Source: Podarcis bocagei
Taxonomy: Eukaryota
Length of the DNA stretch: 64,000 nucleotides
Reading direction: 5' to 3' (one strand)
Assembly: GCA_964188305.1 (NCBI GenBank)
Contig: OZ076889.1
Shown here piece after piece: positions 39,140-48,800 of this stretch. The notes under the pieces are model-generated. The model was not told the origin of the DNA. It ran no database searches and was given only the letters and a program-made list of their open reading frames with translations. Both the position numbers and the translations under genes were made by a program. How positions within the stretch are numbered: the stretch's first letter is position 1; the number at the start of each line of letters is the position of its first letter.

Positions 39140-40239
39140 TACTACAAAATAACTACCAACATAATTAGGTATGGCTAGACAGGACTGGCACCTTCCCTGC
39201 ATATATTTGCAACTTGTATAGCTGAAACAATATCCCGCACAGAGATTCCTGGGCCAGGATTCGCAGAACTATACCACAGGCAATCCCAAAGAGCTGGTAT
39301 ATTTTCCTTCGTTTCAAAAGCAGCTTAATGAAACTCTCTTTCAGGAATGGCTTGCCATTTAGAAAGGAGCTGTGCCGTTGGAGAAGTCCAAAGCTCCCAG
39401 AGGTGAGCAAAAGTAGGTCACAACAACCTTAGATAGCAACTTCTTCCACAAGTATGAGGACGCCACCCTGAAGGCAGTAATCCAGGCTTCCTCCACTGAC
39501 AATCACATGGGTACAGCCATACCTCACAGATCACAACAGCACAAGCCTTTTCGGGCAAACGGTGTCAAACTCAACACCACTGCGGGTTCATTTTCTGCTT
39601 CTTGTGAGCAGCTAGCAGGAAGGATCACTGAGGACTTCTGCTGTTTTAAAAACACACAGTAGTTTTTCTGGAGGTCTGCTTATAACCCTTATTTCAAGAG
39701 CTTTAGAACTGCTGCCACCATCTTGAATGGCCTTTTTTTCTGCCTAAAGCAAAGGACAAGATGGCACACACAAAGAAGCAGTCCACTCCCCGTTCACAAG
39801 CAGCTGAATGTTATCTCAACACTGCCAGTGGGACAGTGTCCTTCTCTTGAGGGCAGGAGTTTGGGTTTCTTCCAACAGAAGGAAACAGCTTAGAGAGCTG
39901 CTGCCCCCAAAGATCTGCCACCTGAGGCAGCTGTCTCACTCTAATAGTAGGGCTGGATTTGCTGTTCCTCCATTGTCTGATATTATACTGTTCTCGAGCT
40001 ACTTTTCCTATGCATTTTCAATATTGACTGAACAGGATAATAATGTCTTAAAAACGAATGTGGTGGCAGGAGCCTGGAATCCAACACACCTATAACCTTT
40101 GTGACAAGCAGTTAGCTGTGTCTTCAGAATAACGAATTCAGCCGATGACCATAGACTACACCCCAAGCCATCTCTTCTGGAACCACTGCAGGCACGAGAG
40201 TCAGAAGACAGCTGCTACGACAGTAACAAACAGCAAGGG

Positions 40240-42222
40240 ACTGAAATCAAATGTTTATATTTATTACAGCATGGGGGGAAAGGGAGAGGAGAGGGTCTTG
40301 ATTCATCTTTTAAAAACCACCCCGAACCAATGAAGACAATAATTTAGCTATCACTTTAATACAATGAAACCTGTCAGTTATCCTTTAAAAAAAATAGAAA
40401 GGGTGCTGCATTAGCAATGGGACAAATTGGTTTGCCGGTTTATCCCCCCCGCCACCCCGCTTTTAAATATTTTCTTGACTGAGAGACCAACCATTTGTCA
40501 ACCCCACCCCCCATCATATTTCTACAGAGAAAACACAATTAAAATGCCTAAGAAAAAGGCAAACATTAAAAAAAGTCATTGTACTACTAAAAAAGTTTGT
40601 CAATTCACATAGTTTTTGTTTTCAGTCAGAATAATAAAAAGCCAATGTTTCCCCCCAAAAAAACCAAACAAAAAAAAACATTTCGTTAAGGGGTGCGGAA
40701 AAAAGACATCCCTTTAATAAAACATTATCAACAAATATCGTACACAAACTACAATGTATAATAATTACTTTTCTTTTCCCTCGCTTAATTTTAGAACCAG
40801 ACTACAAGGTAAGAAAAAACACTGAAACAAGATACAATGTTCTCAAGAATCCGCACAAAGGTAGGTAAATCCAGGGGAAGATAATATTTTACATAATATG
40901 AAATACATAGATCAGAAGTGAAGTTTTTTCTTCTTTTTATATAAAACAAAGACCAGCTACAAGGGACTGTAATGTACAGAGATCCCAAGACTTGCGAGTT
41001 TCACTATACATTGTATGCTTTTCTGTAGTCACCTCTACCATGAGAAGGTAAGGGTTGTTTTTTTTAATTTTGCTTTTAATTACAGAGTAAGAGAGAGAGA
41101 GAGAGCCTACAGAATAGCAAGTATACATTTTAACAACAATAATTACTTAAAAATATCTCCATCCAGTTTCAGAGCATATACAGTGAAACCCTAATAAGAT
41201 CACATCATTTCATTAAAACAAAAAACAAATGTTAAGAAGTTTGCGCTCACAGTTTTCGTGTCCCAGGTCAAGTTTTTAACCCCTTTCCCTTTCAATTCCG
41301 GAGGACCAAAACCTCCCCAACATAAAAAATAAAATGCCACGTACCCTAACCCCACCTACCCACCCACCCCCGGAATTTTTGACACTTCAAAAATTTTGCA
41401 AAAGGGGAGTTAATAACATTTCTTTGTAATTTGGGGAGAAGGACAAGGGAGGGAGGGGGCTAATACAGTGCATGCCACAGTCACAGATACCAAGATCACA
41501 ATTAAAAGTTTTGGAGGATGTGATCCTACAAGGGGGCCAAGCTGCATTACGCAACTGAGAATGAGGCAGAAGAAATCTGTTCCACTTGGATCTTCCTTGC
41601 TGGAGAATGTTTTGTGCTGCAAAACATCAAATGCGGGGGGGGGGGGGGGGACAAAAACCAACCAAAACAAAAAGAAGTTGGGGTGAGGGGGGGAGAGGGA
41701 GGAAGTGGTCTTCCGAACAAAACCCACCAATTTATATATATAAAAAAACCAAACTCTCCAGTTTTATTAATTATTTTAAAATGGCTACAGAGACAACATG
41801 AGATTTCATATCTAGACTAGCTTCCTTGCGTAGCACAGCACAAACATACAACAGGTTTAAAAGAATAATCAAGGAAAGGAGGTTGGAAATCGGGTGCTAG
41901 AGGCTTTTGCTTTGTTTCCAAAAAAAAAAAATCAACAAAAAAGTGTCATGTACATAGAATAAACCCTTCTTCTGCAGAAGGATCTGGTCATGTCTTGAAA
42001 TATTTTAAAGATTTGTCCTTCATTGTTTTATGGAATAAAAAGTTCAGCCTTTTTATTGCATGAAACTAAAAATCAGGGGTGGGTCTCCCCCCGGCTCTCT
42101 GCATGTCTCCCTGCCAAACACACCTAGATTCTCTTCTTGCATAATTTCTTGAGATCCTCCAAATGGCAGCCGACTTTTTCTTTATCCTGGAGAAGAGGAT
42201 GCGGGGTGAGGGAGGAGGGAAA
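40240..42222 (-). other. SSBP3: SSBP3 3'UTR (~2 kb, U-rich) with AATAAA signals at 42057-42052, 41768-41763 and 40265-40260
   Basis: Free of recognisable transposons, with many U-runs on the minus strand; distal AATAAA is followed by GT-rich sequence. The 3' end is inferred. Confidence 0.65.
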
Positions 42223-42252
42223 TCACACACTCATCGTCATGCTGGGAGAATA
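42223..42252 (-). CDS. SSBP3: SSBP3 last exon coding part (YSPSMTMSV*)
   Basis: gcccag|TAT; TGA ends at 42223. Confidence 0.93.
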   Translation of the reverse strand, partial: YSPSMTMSV

Positions 42253-45200
42253 CTGGGCGGTTGGGAGGGAAACGGGGAGGGGGCGGAGAAAGAGAGAAAT
42301 CACAGCGTTAGAGTGAGGCAAGAACAAGACCAAAATGCTAAATGTTGCGGAAGCTGAGGAAATGAGATATGAAAGAGATGTGGGCTTATGAAAACTATAA
42401 AGCAACGTAATTGGCTTCAATAAATCAGGAGGGCTAGAATATGCTAAAGGCTAATTTATCAGGACATAATCGCTCCCATTTCCCCAAACTACAGTTTGCC
42501 AAACTGGGGGGTAAAGGAGAGTTTAATAATAATAAAAAAGCCTAAACAGTATGTGGCAGAACACAATAAAAAAAAAATCCCCCCCCAATGTATATAATGA
42601 TAAATACAGTGCCAGTTTACAGTCTTTTATAGGAAACATACTGTGTTTCATTTCAAGGCGCCACTGCATGTAATGAAGTACCACTGGTAGAACTAACATC
42701 TGGAGTGAAACGCAGGAGCATTAGGACCTCATGTATGGACGTATTCAACTAAAGGAGGCAGGCAGCTTTCCTAGCCCTTCCCCTTTGCTCATCTAAATTT
42801 TGACTGGGAATTCTGAAGGGCAGGGCAGGGCTCAGTCTTTGGCATATGCTACTATGCAAAACATGGATATACATGGCCGGTGCAATAACTATCAACTGAG
42901 ACTACTCTGGGTAGAATTCTGTCCCCACAGGACCCCTCACAGGAGGAAAGGAGGGAAGCCATTGCAGATTCTTCCTCTCCCCCTCCCACCCTGGAAAGTT
43001 TCTCCAAAGCGCCAGATGACACTCCAGAACAAGGGGGAGGGCAGGATGAGGCCTTCCTCTAGTGAGCAGGAGGAATCCTTCTATTTAGATGCTTCACATT
43101 CACTGAAATCACTGTTATGGAAACAGCATGAAATGGACATGTAGACTGCCAGATGTGATCTCACTCACTCACATATACAGTGCTTGGAAGCCATACATAT
43201 TAATTTGCTGCTTGCCTGCTGACTGTAATCATGTTTCGAAGTGGTAACTACATTGCTGGGTGGTCCAACTTAATAACCCATGGCTTGCTGATCAAACCAG
43301 GATGACCCTCACAAATGAGTCAAGTAACCATGGCTTGCGCTGTCCAATGTTGGCTTCATTTTCTGACTGCTCCTGTCTCTTGTTTTGTAGGCATAGCTTC
43401 ATAAGCCAGCTTAAAGCCATGGTTTCACAGTCTGGTTTGTTGGCCACGGGCAAAGCATAATTAGTTGGCTGGAGTGGGCGGTTCAGAGATGCAAGCAAAG
43501 CACAGCAGTTAAGCTAAGCAAATCATGGCTTAGCAAGACAAGTGAACCATGGTTTCTTTTCTCTATTTTAATCACCTCGGTTTGGAACCATTTATACCTT
43601 TTGTCTTTGAAAGGTATGTCAGGTCTCAATATGCCGTACTGTGTATCTTTTCCAAGTTTTGTCAGCTCCAAAGCTGCCATTTCTCTATGTCTAGTTCCCT
43701 CCCCCCACCCTTTTATGATCACATAGCACCTCCTCCCTCTCCCCTCTCTGCACATATCAATGATTCCTTCCCAGAAATAGCTTGAAAGAGCCTAACAGGC
43801 TCTGTGATTCAAACCCCGGTTAGCATGAAGAGTTGGTGTAAGGATGACTCACATTGTCATTCTGGAAGGAATGGAGGAAGTTGCCTCCCAGTTCACCATC
43901 ATCTCGTGGAGTGCCGGGAGGATTGCTAATGCCACTTATGTTGTTTGGAGAATTCTGCAGGTTTTTTTTTTGTTTTAAAAAGAAACAACAGACCACACAG
44001 AGATACACATGCAAGAAGTGAGTGTGTGCCTTTTCGAGTATGCTGCGTACTAGCAACTGCAACAAAAACATATTGTTCTACAATGGAAAAAAAGATCACA
44101 CGGATAGCTAAATATATATGAGAAAATGACTTGTGTTTGATGACTCCCTTACAGGGCTAAGAGCAAAAGGGGGGGGGGGAGAAGAGGGAGAAAATGTCCT
44201 TGCACTGGTGAGCAGAGGGCAGAAAAGAAGGGTAGAGCTTCAGTACTCCCTCCCTGCCCCTACCCCCAGGGTCCCATATTAACCCCACAACATAGTGGTT
44301 ATTTTGTCCATGAAAGCAAGAACAAAAGAACACGGCCCAGTCTAAGAATGCAGACTTACTTTTGGAAGTCCATCTATGTCTCCTGACCCTTGCGAAAGAA
44401 GAACAAAAGAAAGGAAAGAAAGGTAGGCTGTTAGTGGGGGATAGCTGATTTCCTTGCTCTCAATCAGGGTCCCCCCCCATCAGCTCTCCCCACTCCCCCA
44501 CCCCCGTTCTGCACCGAAGTGTCCGGTTCCTGAACCATCATCCAGAAATAAGACGCGGCTGCAAAAAGCTCCGCCTTGGCCTTCCCGGAAGCAGCTGGCA
44601 GTACATTAGTGAGCTGCAGGTCACAGCTGGGCTAATGCAAACCTCTTAACATTTGCCTCCAGAAAGGGACATGCTGGGGTTGCCTCAGCTGCCATTCCTT
44701 TGCATGCAGAACTCCCGGGAGCAGAGCCCCGGCTCACCTTCCTGCACGGCACTAGAGTAATGGCCTAATCGAGTTGCTACGGCCTCAGCTCCCTCCCGCG
44801 AGCTTCGTGACACTGATCAAGATGGAGTATAGCACCTCTACTTCAGCAAGATGTATAAGGCAAACATAGGAGGTTAATGGGTCTTTCTGCTGCTTTAATT
44901 AAAACACTCGTGCCACGGTTAGGTTGATGCTGCCGCTTCGCCTTTATCCATCAACAGGAGCCTGGCAAAGCCTGTGACCAGCAGTCCCTGCTCCCTGGCT
45001 ACTTTCCTACGCTGAGTGTGTCAGGAATGGCCAAGCCTTCACAAGACTGGGCTTTGCAGATTACCAGCACTGACTGAGCAAGTCCCCAAAGCTCTGGAAA
45101 CAAACAGGATCCGCACCACAAAAACAAATGCCGAAAGCACACATCAGCCAACAGGCACAGCCCTAGGAGCTCTGAGGTCAGAAAGCATCTGCTACAGGAT

Positions 45201-45808
45201 TTTGCAGAGTATCAGGACAAAGGCCCTGGGTGTCGAGTCTAGCTAGGACTAGGGTCACCCCACCACCTTGCAAAGGGTCCTTGCAAGAACTAATACCTGT
45301 ACTAATCCCTGATTCAAACATTTCCCCCCTAGAGTGCAGGGGGGAATACACCCGAAGTAACCCTACACCAGGGTCACTGCAAAAAGCAACAATCAAAGAA
45401 ATTGGTGGCTCACTGCATGTCCTCCCAAGGTTCTGTACCAAGGGCACTCTAATTCTGGACCCAAGCAGATTATAACATATCTTAAACAACTATTCCACTG
45501 CCTGGTGTTGATCCTCCAATCAAAAATTCTGCATTCCCACATTAACATAAAGCAATGTTTTCAGCCAGGAACAAGTACATGAAGGATGTTAAAATGTGTT
45601 TGTGATTGCACATCCTAAACAGTTAAAATGATAAAGTGCGCAACTAGAACTCATTTTATCACTGCTGGTTCTGGGATGTCCCGTGAGAAGATAGTCCAAA
45701 AACGCTGAATATTGCTGAAGTCTTACCTAATGAGCCATTCATGTGATGCGGCTCCATCCCACCCATGCCCCCCATTGGGCCATCTGAGCCAGGTCCCATG
45801 GGGAACTG

Positions 45809-45862
<54 letters not shown>

Positions 45863-48800
45863 CTGTCAGTTACCACACATCACTCATATTATAAAATATC
45901 CAACATACAATATATTAGCTTGTATGTCTATTGGCAGCTAGATGCTTCAGAACACCAGTGGCAGCAATGCTCTGCAAACTGAGGTTTCTGAATTCTGTTT
46001 AAAACACAAAATAATGAAAAGTTCTTTAGGAAACAACAGTTTGCACTGAAAACCCACCATCGCCCACTGGGTATGTGTCTTCCTAATTGAGGAGGTTTGA
46101 TACACACCCTCTCTCTTCGAAGAAGCCATTGATCTATTGCATCTTGTACCACTCCTGTGGGCAGACTCAATCCTGAAAGGAAGTTGCAGGGAACTCTGCT
46201 CTTCTCTTTTGGATCAAAGTGGATAGCCAAATGGAGCAGCTGCTGTCCAGCTTAAGACATGGTTGTCTGGGCATCTGATACTGTTGGATGGCCTACGCCC
46301 GGCCATGCCACAACTACTGTGCTTTTCAGCTGGGCAGAAATTTTGCTGCCCCCCTCTACTTCAGCACCATGTGTGGGCAGTCTGGAACCCTTCAACCACA
46401 AACTACTACTATATGCAGGGTCCATATAAAAGCCATCTCCAACTTGTGATGTGCAAACCAAGGGAGGAATTCAACATAGCATTAAGCAAATTGTTCCGTT
46501 AGCACAAATCTTTCTGCTTGTGTGGTATAATGAATGCTTTGTCCTCTCTTCACCCTGCAGGTACTTCTGGGTGTTTTCCTGATCCCAACAGAGCCAGTTT
46601 TGTGGGCATGGGAGGAGGAGAGGGAGGAAAGCTAGCGGAAGTCCATGCATGGGCTTCTGCTGGTGGGGCCCATTTGCTGAATCCTGCCCTTAAGTGACAG
46701 AAGTAGTGCAAGAGGTGAAAGTTCTAATAACATGACTAATCTGGGCCTATGAAATCTCATCTGCCAAAATGTTTCAGTTGCCAGTCAAGATTTCTTTAGG
46801 CTCCATGTCATCTAATTGTACCCCTGCCTTTCATCCAAGTTACATAGGGAAGAACACACTGGATTCCTTGACAGTTTTCTATCCAAATACTGGCTAGGAC
46901 CAGATTTATTTAGCTTCAATGGGTTAAGCCACAACACCTGTATTTAGACCCCAGTTGTTTTTTATTCTTGCAATCATCAGTTTGCTTCTTCTAACATCCC
47001 ATGAATTAAAACCCTGAGATTTAAGTGTTTGCTCCTCCTCTGCCTCCTCTCTGTTCTGTATTCCATTCTCTTTGGACAATGTTTTCTGAGAAATGGACAG
47101 GACACACTTTAAGCAATCATCCAGCTACTGGAGTTTAGACTAGTTCAGTCTGAAAAACTAGGTCTGAACATAGAAGTATTCAGGAAAGAGCTGCCCTTCC
47201 CCAATAAGAGCTGCTTATCTGAAATATTGGGCTGGCATTGTCCTGAAGACAAAAATCTGGCAGGTAATCTTAACAGAATCTCTTTGAGATCAGCTTGAGT
47301 AAAAGGTGAAGAAAGGCCCGGGCATCAGCTGTGTCTCCTTTAAATGCAACCCCGCTAACCAGCAATGTGCGTGACAATCTTGACCAGAGCTGCGTGAACG
47401 CCGCTGTTTTAATAAGCGTAAAAAATTAACAAAGTCGCTGAAGAGTTAATCACTTTTTGATGGTTTGTTTTATTTCTGTTTTGTAACAAATGGCTGAAAT
47501 CAATTAAACTGCTTTACCCTCAACTGATGAAGTTAATTATGATTTGTTATGGTATCTGATATGTAAATTATTAGAAAGCAGACTTACATTCGACCGACTG
47601 CCTCCAGGCGGTACGGGATTAATCATTGTGTAGATGTTGTCACTTGAATTTGTCGAATCTGTAGAACAGTGAAACCCACTAAGTCAGGGTGATTAATTCA
47701 TTTCTTAATTAAAACAAACTCATGCCACTTGAACTCATTCTTTTGTATTTTATCACCTAAAATTCTCTCTAAGTACCACCATTTTCTGGCTAATTTGTAT
47801 TTAATGAAGATTCACAAAGTTTTTAATCACAGAAATTCAACTGTGAAAAGAATTCTGCTACTAACCAAGAATATTGGGGCTTTCTTGCCAGGAGAGGTGT
47901 AGAAAGATAATTTGCTGCCATGTGTCGCATAACACCTCAAAATTAGCTGATGCAATTATCTTACTACAACATCATATTTCATCTTTAAAAAAATAACAAA
48001 ACACATGGATGACATTTAGTCACAATTTTTTTAAAAAAACAACAACAGAAAACCCAATATTTTTCTTAATAATGAAAGCACTATGAGACAAGTGTTTAAT
48101 TGAGGGGCAGAATACAAACAAAAATACACAAATTACAAGCAGGCCATGGTGACGAGGGAGAGAGGGAGAGAGAGGAATGGTGCCTACATTAACATATGGA
48201 TTGTTTTATTATGACCTAGTCTGAAATGTAGGTCAGAGTTCTCATATAAATGCAAGAGTAGGAAGGCAGTGGTAATACTACACTGAAGCTCCACCCCTGC
48301 AGCTGTGGTACACGAGAGTTACACGCGGCATGGCTTACCTCCCCAGAGCCACCACTCCCCCCGCTTTTATTCTTGCCACCGACACATGCAATGTATAGTA
48401 AATCACCCTTGCAGGCCTATCAGGAATATTCACCAGCCCCAACACTGACACACACACTCTCTTCCTCCCCTCCCACTTTACTACGAGGGAAATACACGAA
48501 GGGGGAAGGGAATTTTACTCAGCCTCCTGGGGAGTGAGCACCGTTTTACAAAGTGGAATTTACTCCCAGTACAAATATGGCAACACGACAACACTGACCC
48601 GGACAACAAAAAGAGATTTGTGTAGGCCTTCCTGGTGCTAATATTGGGCAACCCAAAAACAGAACAGCCCTAAAGAAGTTGGGTGTTTTTTTTAAAAGGT
48701 GGGTGGGACTGGCTTAAAAACAACAACAATAACCCTCTTTAAACTTCTTTTGGATATCTGGAGAATGTTCCTAGTTAACTTCTACAAATCCACCCCTCCC

